Shown piece by piece: positions 1 through 11,916 of a stretch of 64,000 nucleotides of DNA (the first letter of the stretch is position 1; the number at the start of each line of letters is the position of its first letter). Both the position numbers and the translations under genes were made by a program. The DNA is from Felis catus (lineage: Eukaryota). The notes below the pieces were generated by a model. That model was not told where the DNA came from and made no database searches. It saw nothing but the letters and a program-made list of their open reading frames with translations. The stretch is taken from the NCBI RefSeq assembly GCF_018350175.1, contig NC_058368.1, positions 50,593,815 to 50,657,814 of the forward strand, read 5' to 3'.

Positions 1-821
1 CAGTTACTACATGACAGAATTGGAAGAAATATGAGGATATCTAAACTATAAACTTTCTAAGTCTACAAATTGTGGAATTTCAAGAGTATATAGCTTTGGG
101 TTTACTGGACACTCCGAAGTTATTGGTTATGGTAAAATGTTACTTTAGTTTGCAGCCTTTTAGACCTTTGGTTATTTGTATTAAATGTTCCACAGTGTCT
201 GCCAAGGTATATTTTCTACCTTGGTATTCTTCAAAATGCTAATTCTATGCTTTATGCATGCTTCATGGGCAGCAAGAAAAATTTATAGCCTTCAGATAAA
301 ATTATAGGTGTGAAACATTCCACACATAGCAATAATTTACCATATCATTTGACTTTTTTTCTTAAAATATTGCATTCATGGAATTTTAAGTTACCAAATC
401 AACAGGTTTTCTTAGTAAGAAGAATTATTTCATAACTGTCTTTTAAAAGGTTTTTTTAAGAAAAATAAATACAACCTGAACTTGTGAGATGAAGGTAATA
501 ATGGTTGTGCAGTATTTTGTAATCCTTGGTCATCACTCCTTTGCTGCATTTCTGATCTAAGGTCTACATGGATGCTCCAATTAGAGTGCGTTTTAAAGGA
601 AGATAATTTAAAGATAAGCTAACAACTAGCATGGAAGCTACGTTACCAGAAATTTAATGACATAGGGAAGTATGAGTTTCCTATTGCTACTGCAGCAAAT
701 TACTAAAATTTAGTGCTTATAACAACATAGATTTTTTATAGTATAGTACCAGAGGTCAGCAGTCCAATATAGGTCTCACTAGATGTTTTTGTTAGCTAGG
801 CTACCATAACAAAATACCACA

Positions 822-1050
822 GGGGTGCCTGGGTGGCTCAGCTGGTTAAGTATCTGACTCTGGATTTCAGCTCAGGTCATGATCTCACAGTTCATGACTT
901 TGAGCCCTGCATTGGGCTCTGCATTGACAGCTGTGGGGCCTGTTTGGGATTCTCTCTCCATCTCTCTGCCCCTCTCCTGCTTGCTCTCTCTCTCTTTCTC
1001 TAAGTAAATAAATAAACTTTAAAAAATGTGCGATTGAAATATTAAAAAAA
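822..1050 (+). mobile_element. Can-SINE (SINEC)
   Basis: ggggtgcctgggtggctcag head, CT tract, A-tail; TSD aaaataccacag/aaaatatcacag. Confidence 0.95.
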
Positions 1051-1331
1051 ATATCACAGACTCTGTGACCTAAACAACAAAAATGTATTTTCTCACAGTT
1101 CTGGAGGCGGAAAAACCAAAGATCAAGGTGCTGGCCAGTTTGATTTCTGATGAGAGCTCTCTTCTTGACTACCTTCTCTTTGTGTCCTCAGATGGTATTG
1201 AAAGAGAGCGCACTTTTATGAGGGGTATCAGCCCTATGACTCCATCCTTATGAACTCATTTAACCTTTATCACCTCCCCACAGACCCTGTCTCTAAACAC
1301 AGTCACACTGTGGGTTAGAACTTTGGCTTAA

Positions 1332-1470
1332 GTAGGTGCCTGGGTAGCTCAGTCAGTTAAGCATCTGACTCTTGGTTTCAGCTCAGGTCATGATCTCTTG
1401 AGTTCGTGAGGTGGAGCCTGGCATCGGGCTCTGTGCTGACAGCATGGAACCTGATTGGGATTCTCAATCT

Positions 1471-1518
<48 letters not shown>

Positions 1519-1588
1519 CCCTCTATCCCTCCCCTACTTCTGTCCTACCTCTCTCTCCCTCAAAATAATACATAAACTTAAAAAAAAA
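1332..1588 (+). mobile_element. Can-SINE with expanded (CT)n
   Basis: ggtgcctgggtagctcagtcagttaag head, (CT)n 1477-1515, A-tail. Confidence 0.95.
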
Positions 1589-1766
1589 CATGTATTTGCG
1601 GGGGACACAAACATTTAGTCCATAACACAGAGCTAAAATCGAGGTGTCAGCAGGGCTGTATTCCTTTCTGCAGACTGTTGAGGAGAAGCCATTTCCTCTT
1701 CTTTTCCAACTCCTAGGGGCTGCCCACATTTATTGGCTCTCTGATCCCTTCCTTCTTGAAACCCGG

Positions 1767-2240
1767 TGTCTTAGTTTCCTAGAGCTGCCATAACAAAGAA
1801 CCACAGTATGGGTGGCTCACAATAACAGCAGTGTATTGTCTTACGGTTCTAGAGGCTAGAAGTCTGACATCAAGATGTTTGCAGGTTTGATTCCTGCTGT
1901 GGTCTGTGAGGGAGAGTCAGTTCCATGCATCTCTCTGGCTTCTGATGGTTTGTTGGTAATTTTTGGTACTTCTTGGCTTGCATATGCAACTTCAATCTTC
2001 TACCTTCACATGGTGTTTTCCCTGTCCCTTCACATAGTCTTCCATCTGTGCATGTGTCTCTGTGTCCAAATATCCTCTTTTTATAAAGATGCCAGTCATT
2101 AGGGTGAGCCCTAATGACTCCATTTTAATTTGATTACCTTTTCAAAGACCATATTTCCCAATAATACCATATTCTGAGGTACTTGGTGTTAGGACTTGAA
2201 CATATTTATTGGGGGCGGGGCACAATTAAACCTAGAGCAG
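1767..2240 (-). mobile_element. MLT1B/C-like MaLR LTR nested in the outer MLT1
   Basis: 'tgtcttagtttcctagagctgccataacaaa...ggggcacaattaaacc'. Confidence 0.8.
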
Positions 2241-2919
2241 TTAGCAATGGCTAATAAAGTTCATCTCACATTGTATCGCATCATTCTTACCTCCTCTTCT
2301 TCCTCCCTCTTCCACTTTTAAGGACCTGTGATTACACTGGGCCTACTAGATAACCCAGGATAGTCTCCTATTTGAAAATCAGCTTATTAGCAACCTTAAT
2401 TCCGTCTACTACCTGAGTTCCTTTTTCTATGTAATATAATGTATTCACAGGTTCCAGGATTTAGGATGTGGACATTTTGAAGGGTTGTTATTCTGTCCAC
2501 CACACAGAGAAATTGCCATTTGCTAAAACCTTCAGAAAGATTCTTGGATGTGGCTTCAAGGAAGAGTTAGAAAATGTACTTAGGCTTAAAGATATGCAAG
2601 TGATGTGACTCTGCATGGGCTGTGGTTGCTAAACTGCCTTCCAAGAAGCAGGGTTTTTGAGCTTTGAAAGAGCCAAGCACATCTGGTGCCAACATTAAAG
2701 TATTGGTAATAGAAGGATGGTTGAGCATTTCCACCAGCATTCTTGCATAGAACACACTTCAATCTTATACAAAGCACCAACTTTTCATTTAAATAAAGGT
2801 TCAACAGATCATAGGATTAAGTTTGAGTTAGTCTTATATTTTGTGCATAAATGTGTACTAAAATGATAAAAGTTCAATTTCAAAGAATAGCCTTTGGTTA
2901 TAAGGGTATATATAGTCTT

Positions 2920-3158
2920 AGGGACACCTGGGTGGCTCAGTTGGTTAGGGACACCTGGGTGGCTCAGTTGGTAACTGTTGATTTTGGCTCAGGTCATGGT
3001 CTCATGGTTCATGGGGTTGAGCCCCATGTCAGGCTCTGGGCTGACAGTGTGGAGCCTGTTTGGGATTCTCTCCCTCCCTCTCTCTCTGCTCCTACCCCCG
3101 CTTACTCCCTCTCTCCCCACCCACACTCTCAAAATAAATAAATAAACATTTTAAAAAA
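2920..3158 (+). mobile_element. Can-SINE with tandemly duplicated head
   Basis: 27-bp ttagggacacctgggtggctcagttgg occurs twice; TSD tagtcttag. Confidence 0.95.
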
Positions 3159-3213
3159 GGATGTAGTCTTAGAATTACATGACAAAACCTCCTGTACCCT
3201 TACCTCATCCCTG

Positions 3214-3214
<1 letters not shown>

Positions 3215-3261
<47 letters not shown>
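3215..3261. repeat. (CA)n microsatellite
   Basis: Perfect AC run. Confidence 0.98.
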
Positions 3262-3264
<3 letters not shown>

Positions 3265-3699
3265 CATTGCTACTCCATTGGTAAAACAAAGGAGAAAGAG
3301 AATAGGGCCCTTTATATTGCACTCACTTAAAACCTATTCCTCTTCCTGAATCAGGTGGATATTTGGAATTCTGGTATGGTTTTCTCCATACTCAAGCCTG
3401 TTCTCACCCTCATGGAGTATGTAGAATTTGCTTTATAGCTTCCCCATAATTCATACAGTTAATAATATTTATTTCATATCATCAAAATTTTATGAGACCT
3501 CTTATATTCATTCTGTAAATTTATTCAGGAAAACATAGATGCCAATTCCCTGAACTTGCAAACTGAATCGAGTATCCCATTTGGGATACCTGTAAAAGAA
3601 GAGGAATTATTTTAAAATATTGTGAATTCTTTCCAAGATCATCTCTAGAATCACTGTCAATTGCTGTAGATATTGGAATTTTCTTTCAAATTATAAAAC

Positions 3700-4000
3700 A
3701 GAGGGGAGGGACACAACAAAGTGAAAGAACAAGTAAGCAAAACAATATACAGAGGAAAGAAAGGAAGAATAATGGAAATAAAAAAAGAGAAGAAATCTCC
3801 AGAGGCTGAAAAATTAAGAGAGATTATTGAACAGAGAAAGATTCTGAATCCTAAGAAAATACAGACCAGACTCTGGACAGAGGTATACAGAAAGAACTAA
3901 GGAAGGAAGTAATTACAAAGAATGGTAATTCTACTATAAAAATAAAGAGGAAATGGAAGAGAAATGAAAACAGGAGCAAGGAGAGAGGAAAGAGAGCATA
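3700..4000. repeat. A/G-rich low-complexity tract
   Basis: Strong purine bias on the + strand. Confidence 0.5.
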
Positions 4001-4762
4001 ACCTGCGGTTGAAGATATTCTTTATTACTCCATCATGTACATTTTTATTTCAGTGTAAAGGGAAGAAAAAAGAGAATGTATGATTAGTCTCTGAAAAAAA
4101 GTGAACAGATGATGGCAGCCAGAGAGCCAGAAGTTTCTCAGGCCACTTGGAGGATGCTGCATTCTGACTTTGAACATTGGCTGGAATTCATTCTTGCTAA
4201 CGTGAATCCAGGGATGACAAATCTCGGGGTGCTTTGCACCAGCCTGAGACTCATTAATCACACAAAGACTCCACACATGGGCTTTTATCAGTGATTCTCC
4301 AGGCATAGTAATCATGGGCTATGCAGGAAGAAAAGTGGGATTGGGGCCTGCCAGGTCTTTCGCGGCAATTTTCCTGTGTGAAGTTGTCCTGTGTTTGGAG
4401 TACTGTCCCTTACTGAGGCACTGCCCATTTATCTGCCACAAGTTTGTAAAGGTTGTTGGATTTTTAAGTGATTTCCAAAGGTTTCAGCACATCGTTTTTA
4501 AAGAATTCTAGGAGAACTCACAAATTAACATTTCAACCCTATATAAAGATTTAATGACATGTGTGTTTAGGAGATGGACCAGAAAAAAAGTAGTAGAAAT
4601 TGAAAATGTAAGCTCTGAATGTGTGACTATTCAACCACATGCCCCAGGGTCTTCTGTTTAAATTTGATTTTACTCTGACTCCAGAAACATGCAATCAATG
4701 TGTATGAATTTACAATTGAGTGGTGATCTGTATTGCAAAATCTCCTTGCTTTCCTAGGCAGG

Positions 4763-4850
4763 GTGTGTGTGTGTGTGCGTGTGTGTGCGTGCATGTGTGT
4801 GTCTGTGTGTGTCTGTGTGTGTGTGTCTGTGTGTGTGTGCATGTGTGTGT
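4763..4850. repeat. Imperfect (TG)n microsatellite
   Basis: TG repeats with interruptions. Confidence 0.95.
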
Positions 4851-5410
4851 TCAAGATACTACCTAGACCTAAGATGGTTCTGATTTACTTACCACTAAGA
4901 AAGGAAGTCTTATAAACTACATGTATTTCCAAAGATATAGCCTTTTCAAATAAATATCTTTTCATTAAAATGTGTAAGTTAAGAAGTACTTGGCTATTCT
5001 AGATACCAAATTGGTGTAAAATAAACAGAAAGGGAGAATTTCTATTTCAGGCACTCCAGGATCATCTGTCAAGAAATCTTTTTAGCACAAAGTAAAAATA
5101 AATGAAGCTGGTGAACAAGACAATGTCTTACCAAATGAGTCAAGTTCCAAGTTAATGTTACACAAATATTGCCATTTTTGTTGTCGTTGTTATTAGTAGC
5201 AGTCGGTTGGATGTTTAGGCCTCTTCAGGAGCAATACAAAAGGATGAAAGCCAAAGAACCCAAAACAATTTAAAACAATTCAAATTCTGTGTTGCCACCA
5301 GGCAGCATTGCCACAACTGTGAGTCAAAGCATTGCATTATCTGGATCTGAGCCAAGAAAATATGACATCTGAAACCCATAGCTGGGAGTCTCTATAGAAA
5401 TCCTTCTTTA

Positions 5411-5620
5411 TTTAAAAATTTTTTAATGTTTACTTATTTTTGAGAGAGAGAGAGAAACAGTGGAAGCAGGGGAGGGACAGAGAGAGAGGGACACACAGTC
5501 TAAAGCAGGCTCCAGGCTCTGAGCTGCCAGAGCCCAGTGTGGGACTTGAATTCACAAACCATGAGATCATGACCTAAGCTGAAGTCAGACACTTCACCGA
5601 ATGAGCCACCCAGGTGCCCC
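5411..5620 (-). mobile_element. Can-SINE (SINEC_Fc)
   Basis: Ends gagccacccaggtgcccc; TSD tagaaat(c/t)cttcttta. Confidence 0.95.
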
Positions 5621-6184
5621 TAGAAATTCTTCTTTAAATGTTGAGTCATGGGGGAGAAAGTGCAGAGAAAACAGAAGTGGTGAAAGAAGGAAGGAGGCAG
5701 GAGACCTAAAATGAGTGCATTAAGTGCCGGATAAACATATTGCATAGTTGGTGTATGGTTATGAGTTTGGAGTAAAGAAATAATAAAAACCTCCATCACT
5801 TGCCTGGAATAAATAATTCCAGTTATTTAAAATACTTACTTGTCATATGCTTCTTATTAGATTACAAACAAACTGCCTTTGACAACTACCTTAAGAAATC
5901 TCTTTAAGTGTTTTCCTTTCCTTTTCATAATGGGACATCGTATCCATTACAGAAGCTACATTGCAAACAGACACTTCTTCCTTGAGATAAATATTAAAAA
6001 CTGAAAAGCTGTAGAAGAAATCTCAAGTGTTACTCTAATTTATTATTTATTTAGTTAATTAATTTGAAACCCTGTGGTGGGAATGGCAAAAGATAAAACT
6101 GAGCTCTGGAATTCAGAATATTTTCAGATACCTTGAAACATTTCATATAATTTGGACACTGAGTATAATTTTCTTTGGTGTTAT

Positions 6185-6400
6185 TTTTAAAAATTAATGG
6201 ACTCTATTTCTTAAGCAGTTTTGCTGAGCAGAAAGCACAGAGAGTTTTCACTGACCGTCCTCCCCCAGTTTTTCCTATTATTAACATCTTGCATTAGTGT
6301 GGTACATTTGTTACAATTAATAGCCAAGAGTGATATGTTGTTATTATTAATTACAGTCCATCATTTACAGCAGGGTTCACTCTTTATGTTGTGTTATGTT
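6185..6400 (-). mobile_element. Old L1 (L1MB/L1MC-type) 3' end fragment
   Basis: 'ttattaacatcttgcattagtgtggtacatttgttacaatt'. Confidence 0.65.
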
Positions 6401-6689
6401 TGTTATAAAAATAAATGGCAAGAGTAGAGCCCTGGTATTCCCAGAGGTTCTGTTGGTGGAAATAATGGAACTGCAGTAATGCTGTTACCATGTGGCCAGA
6501 AGAGAGTGACGTGAAGGAGTAAGTAGGAGAGGAAGGGCAGACAGAAGGAATGGGGAGCTAGTGAAGCCATTCAGCTCATCATGGAATCCACTGGAGGCGG
6601 CTGCCAATTAGTTACTTTGTATTTAGATATATGAGGCAGTGTGCTCTGCATTAGGCATCATCTAAGTAAGTACTTGTATCCTACTGTTT

Positions 6690-6812
6690 TCATCTTTACC
6701 GAGGTATCACTGACATATAACATTGTGTAAATTTAAGGTATCCGATGTGATGATTTGATATTCATATATATTGCAAAATGATTACCATAATAAGATTAGT
6801 TAATACATCAGT
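6690..6812 (-). mobile_element. L1MA-type 3' end fragment
   Basis: 'aacattgtgtaaatttaaggta...gattaccataataagattagttaa'. Confidence 0.7.
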
Positions 6813-7246
6813 CAGTTCTTGCATCTTGAGTACATGCCCCTTGTAGAGATTTCCCCTCGACATTTGCTTGGAAGAAGTCTGTGGGAAAATATCAGTCTCT
6901 GGTATTTTCAACATTTCCAATGAAGTGATATACAGAATACACAATGAAAGCCCTGCGCTTAAAATTGAGCTCTTCAACAAAAAAATTTTAAGTTATTTTA
7001 AAGAATACATCCTCTTTGTTTTTATTAAATAGGGGCATTTAGCTATTAAAAACTCTGATGCCCAAGTATACTGTACCCTCCATATGTAACATCTTTTCAT
7101 AGACCAATTGTTACTATTAGTATCTACCTTTTATTGAGCGCTGTAAGTGGAATGGATCCTGGAAAGAGAATAGGAATAAGCCCTCTGTGTTACGTTTTTC
7201 ATTTTGTAGCAAAATTTAAAGGTATTTTTTTAGTTCTGTTCATTAT

Positions 7247-7658
7247 TGGTATAGGTTGAATTATGTACACGCCCCAAATATAATAGTCCTAATCACAGTA
7301 CTTCAGAATGTGACTTTATTTGAAAATAAGGTCTTTACAGAAGTAATCAAATTAAAATGATGTCATTAGGGCAGGCCCTAACCAAAGAGGACTGGTGTCT
7401 TTATAAAAAGGGGAAATGCAGACACAGAAAGAGACACTGCATATAGGAAAGACAATGTGAAGAGACACAGGTAGGGCCATCTATGGCCAAGGAGAGAGAC
7501 CTAGAAAATATCCTTCATCACATACCCTAAGAAGGAATCAATCCTGCTGGCACCTTGATTTTTGGCTTCTAGCCCCCAGAACTATGCAAAAATAAATTTC
7601 TGTTGTTTAAGCCACCAAGTTTGTGGTATTTTTATGGCAGCCCTACAAAACTAATATA
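7247..7658 (+). mobile_element. MLT1B-like MaLR LTR
   Basis: 'cagaatgtgactttatttgaaaataaggtcttt...aataaatttctgttgtttaagccacc'. Confidence 0.85.
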
Positions 7659-8830
7659 ATTATGTTTTTTTTTTTTTATTTTTAGTGTGGTCTGTGTGTG
7701 TGTGCCATATGTAGAATTCTCATTTTAAATGTAAAATATTTTAGGTTGGTAAATATGATATCCCATGATTTGGACTTTTGAAAATTGTAATAGTAATTTC
7801 CATCCAAAGTATAATTTATGAAGCATGTGTTGCTATATATACGTAAGATATTTAATTTTATTCCAGAAGTTTTTAAAAAAGATTTTGAGTAGCAACTTTT
7901 TGGTGTAGAAGACACATATAAGGGTAATTTCACAAAGGACCAATGTACAGGCTGATTCAAGTCCATTCTTTTTTCTCTTGATTTTCCTCAAGGAAAATAG
8001 GCTCATACCTCTGAGATTGTGGGAAGCCCTGACCTTCAGATTTTCTGTTTTCTTCCATTTTTGGAGCCATATATCTATGTATTTAATGCATATTTGTATA
8101 CCAAATATTCTTGTTCCTGCCTTGGGTGATAGGATGACCATCCTTTGTACCAAAAATAATGCAAATCGTCTTAACTATCCTATCGCAATACAGCTTTCAA
8201 AAGCAGCTAAATCTGTCGGGCAAATGATAACAAAAAAGAACACATTCTTACTTATACCCTTGTAAGGACCACAGTGAAATTTGTCATCTTTCCATACTCA
8301 TCATTATCCAATGAACAAAACTTACGTCACCAATTCCAGTCATTGAGTCAGTATGGGGACAGATTTATGGTTGCTAAGGAGGCAACCTGACATACCATCA
8401 AGTACAAGATAGTGTTGGATTGGGTTCTTGTGTTATGAGAAGGACACTGGTGAACTCTAGCCATAAACATTCTCTAGCCCAAGCCCACTTCTTCCTTTTT
8501 CTGAGATGTGAAGTTTGGAGCTTTAACTAGGTCATAGTTCAGACTCTGGTGAGTAGATCTAAAGTTGTTTATTGAATAATGTTTTAGACTTGCCTGCTGG
8601 GTCTTTTTGCTTGTTTGTTTTTTGTTGTTGTTGTTTGTTTGTTTTTTTATAAATTACCTCTGTCTTCCCAAACAACATTCCTCTTAAATAATAAAGTATG
8701 AATTTTGGCATCTCTTTAGCTGGTTTATAGGAGACAAGTTTCTCCTTTCAATGTATTAAACAAAACACCTAAACTTCAGGCATTTGTTTGAATCTATACT
8801 CACAATAGGTTCAAAAGGCAAAGTCTAATG

Positions 8831-8990
8831 CAGTGGTTCTTAAACTTGACTCTGAGTTACATAAATCCAGGGGTATTTATAAAACTAAGAATTCTGGGCC
8901 AAATAAAAGTCGTGTGTTTGACCCTATAAGGTTTGTAGGTTAGGTTAAGTATCTTTAATAACCCACAAATGGTCTTCTGCAGTCAGTCTG
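8831..8990. mobile_element. MER5-like hAT-Charlie fragment
   Basis: 'cagtggttcttaaactt...attctgggcc'. Confidence 0.5.
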
Positions 8991-9149
8991 GCACTGCTTC
9001 CGGCAGCCAGACTGGATGCAATAAGTTTTACCATTGGTAGAACCCTGAATATTCTGATGAGAGCACTGTAATTTTTATAACCTAAAATTTCTTAAAAACG
9101 AGGAAACTCCAAAAACAGGTGTTAGTGAAAAGAGATGGGCACCAGGCTC

Positions 9150-9310
9150 AAATAAACCTTCATCAAGTAACTGAACTTCTCTAAGTTTTCTTGTTTTTGA
9201 GTGGGGATAATAATACTTTTCTTGCAAATAGACTGGAGATGGTGTGTATTAAATGCCAGCCCAGGGCCAGGCACATACTGACTGCTCAATAACAAGAGAG
9301 TTCTTATTAT
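9150..9310. mobile_element. MIR fragment
   Basis: 'aagtaactgaacttctctaagttttc...ggggataataatac' core-like. Confidence 0.55.
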
Positions 9311-9690
9311 TATAGAAGAGGTATGAACGAGTCCTCTAGGGGAGAGAAACTGTTAGATTTTCCTATCTTTCCCTGTATTCATGAGAAGAGCAGAAAATTA
9401 GATCCTTAAACTGTATTGTTTTCTATCTCTACGAAAACAGTTTCAGAGAATCATCATATAACAATATGCTTTTAATTTTTACTCAGTTGTATGAAAAAGA
9501 AAGCTATACAATTAATTCTGCACCTTGTGCTGAAACACTGAAAACATTGTGTATTGACTCAGTATAAAAGTTTACCCATTGGAGTTAAATACTAGGAAAT
9601 ATATCACTCATCTAACATACTAATATTCTTCCAATTATAGATAACGTTTGCTGTAGCCACCACTGCCAAGAAGCTAAATTCTGACTTAAA

Positions 9691-9939
9691 GTTTTTAACC
9701 TGTGTATTTATTTATTTATTTTTGAGAGAGACAGAGAGAGACACAGAGAGAGACAGAGAGAGAGAGGGAAAGTGCACAAGCGGGGAATGGGCAGAGAGAG
9801 GGAGACACAGAAACTGAAGCACACTCCAGGCTCTGAGCTGTCAACACAGAGCCTGACGTGAGGCTTGAACCCACAAACTGTGAGATCATGACCTGAGCCA
9901 AAGTCGGTCACTAAACTGACTGAGCCACACAGGCACCCC
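9691..9939 (-). mobile_element. Can-SINE (SINEC_Fc)
   Basis: Full SINE; TSD tctgacttaaa. Confidence 0.95.
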
Positions 9940-10129
9940 TCTGACTTAAATTTTTAATTTAATCTCAGTAATTGTTCTTATCCTGGGTATTTTTATATAA
10001 TTATGTGCATAGATTCCTTTCTTTGCCCTTACTCCCCAACCTTTGTTATTCTTTCTGTGTCAATATTTTCATTGTTTCTTTTCCCCCAAGCTAATCTTTA
10101 ACTGAAGAAGCAGAATTCTAATAAACTTT

Positions 10130-10330
10130 GGGCTTCACCTGGATAACTCAGTTGGTTAAGCATCCAACTCTTGATTTCAGCTCAGGTCATGATCTCACAG
10201 TTCATGGGTTCGAGCCCTGCACCAGGCTCTGTGCGGACCGCATGGAGCCTGCTTGGGATTCTCTCTCTCCGTCTCCCTCTGCCCTTCCCCCACTCATTCT
10301 CTCTCTTTCTCTCTCTCTCTCTCAAATAAT
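10130..10330 (+). mobile_element. Can-SINE
   Basis: Diverged head, gctcaggtcatgatctc body, CT tract. Confidence 0.9.
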
Positions 10331-10399
10331 TGTGACTACTAGCACAGTTGAGTAGTTCTGATTCATTGTGAGGAACCAAAAGTTTGCCCATCATTGCTT

Positions 10400-10540
10400 C
10401 TCATTGTTAGTGCAAATGTCAATATAGTACAAAAGGCAAATATCTTCATATTATTAAGGAAATAGCTCTGACCTCACGGATCCCCTAAGAGTCTCATGGA
10501 AACCCCCAAATAGCCCCAAACCAGACTTTCAGAACTGCCT
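10400..10540. mobile_element. hAT-Charlie DNA transposon terminal fragment
   Basis: 'gaaatagctctgacctcacggatcccct...ccagactttcagaactgcct'. Confidence 0.55.
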
Positions 10541-10812
10541 ATGAAAAAGATAAAATCACAACCTTTAGTTTCAAGTTATTTATTTCTTTGGGTATTGTCT
10601 TTTCTTCCTTAAAATGCAAACTCCAGCAAAACAGCTCTTGTGCCTGTCTGTTCTCTCTTGTATCTTAGAACCTACTACCATAGATGGATGACCTGGGTCT
10701 AATGAAACTATATAGATGTAGACATACATAAATATTTTAATACTAAAAATCAGGTGAACTATGTATTTTTAGAATGCTTGTGTTTGTATGGCATATACCT
10801 ATACTAATATTT

Positions 10813-11016
10813 CTTTTATTTTAAAGTTTATTTATTCTGAGAAAGAGAGAGAGAGCATGAGAGGGGAAAAGGAAGAGAGAGAGGGAAAGAGAGAATCCTA
10901 AGGAGGCTTGTCAGTGTGGAGCCCGATGTGGGGCTCAATCCCACAAACCATGAGACCATGACCTGAGCTGAAACCAAGAGTCAAACACTTAACCAACTGA
11001 GCTACTGAGGTGCCCC
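10813..11016 (-). mobile_element. Can-SINE
   Basis: T-tail, GA tract, ends ggtgcccc. Confidence 0.92.
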
Positions 11017-11438
11017 TATGGTAAATATTCCTTAAAGCAAATAAACTATGTTTAAAGTTTTACATTATATATATTTTAACAATCAATAATAGTTAAAAAA
11101 AATTGAACCAAACATGTTAGAGGAAAGTTTATAATTTTTCTATTCTTTCTATATAGTCTTATAAAATCACTGCCATTTAAGAAATAATTAAAGATGCTAT
11201 AACCAAAATATATAGAAAAAAATTTGGAGAGTTTGGAGAGTTTAGGCAGTTACCTCATTCAAATATTATGTTTTTTTTCTGAATTTTGTAATATTTTTCA
11301 GATTTAAAATTTTATATTTTTATTATCTTTTATTCTAAACAAAATTTTTAATAACTAATTTGATATTCTTGTTCTTAAAAACCTCACTACCACCACCAAT
11401 TGCATAAGTTTTAAGGACTAAAATGTGAGTCCACTTTT

Positions 11439-11654
11439 TTTTTTTTAATTTTTTTTTCAACTTTTTTATTTATTTTTGGGACAGAGAGAGACAGAGCATG
11501 AACAGGGGAGGGGCAGAGAGACACAGAATCGGAAACAGGCTCCAGGCTCCAAGCCATCAGCCCAGAGCCTGACGCAGGGCTCGAACTCACGGACCGCGAG
11601 ATCGTGACCTGGCTGAAGTCGGACGCTTAACCGACTGCGCCACCCAGGCGCCCC
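11439..11654 (-). mobile_element. Young SINEC_Fc (CpG-rich)
   Basis: Many CpGs retained, long T-tail, perfect 12-bp TSD gagtccactttt (11427-11438/11655-11666). Confidence 0.97.
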
Positions 11655-11712
11655 GAGTCCACTTTTATCTAAAGTAGTAGTACCTTATGCAGAATAAGTG
11701 TATCCTAAGTAC

Positions 11713-11916
11713 GGGGACACCTGGGTGGCTCAGTGTCCAACTCTTGATTTCAGTTCAGGTCATGATCTCATGATTCATGAGTTTAAGCCCCCTGTCGGGC
11801 TCTGCTCTGTCAGCACAGAGCCTGCTTGAGATTCTCTCTGTGCCTCTCTTTGCCCCTCCCCCACACATGTTCATGCTCTCTCTCTTTCAAAAACAGACTT
11901 TAAGAAAAAAATAATA
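11713..11916 (+). mobile_element. Can-SINE
   Basis: ggggacacctgggtggctcag head, A-tail. Confidence 0.93.

Larger units (their letters stand above)
783..1628 (-). mobile_element. MLT1A-like MaLR LTR nested in the outer MLT1, interrupted by two SINEs
   Basis: 'taggctaccataacaaaataccaca...ttctcacagttctggaggc...gggggacacaaacatttagtccataaca'. Confidence 0.75.
670..2503 (-). mobile_element. ERVL-MaLR LTR (MLT1D/E-like), outer element of a nested cluster; pieces at ~670-782, ~1629-1765, ~2241-2503
   Basis: Starts 'tatgagtttcctattgctactgcagcaaattact', resumes 'gctaaaatcgaggtgtcagcagggctg', ends 'tattctgtccaccaca' (reverse complement of the MLT1 start tgtggt..agaata). Confidence 0.75.

Noticed and set aside
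822..900. tRNA-like A/B boxes in SINE heads as tRNA genes
   Set aside because: All are tRNA-derived Can-SINE heads followed by SINE body, CT tract and A-tail.
3572..3589. 8-bp hairpin gtatccca-tt-tgggatac
   Set aside because: One such palindrome is expected by chance in 64 kb; no supporting context.
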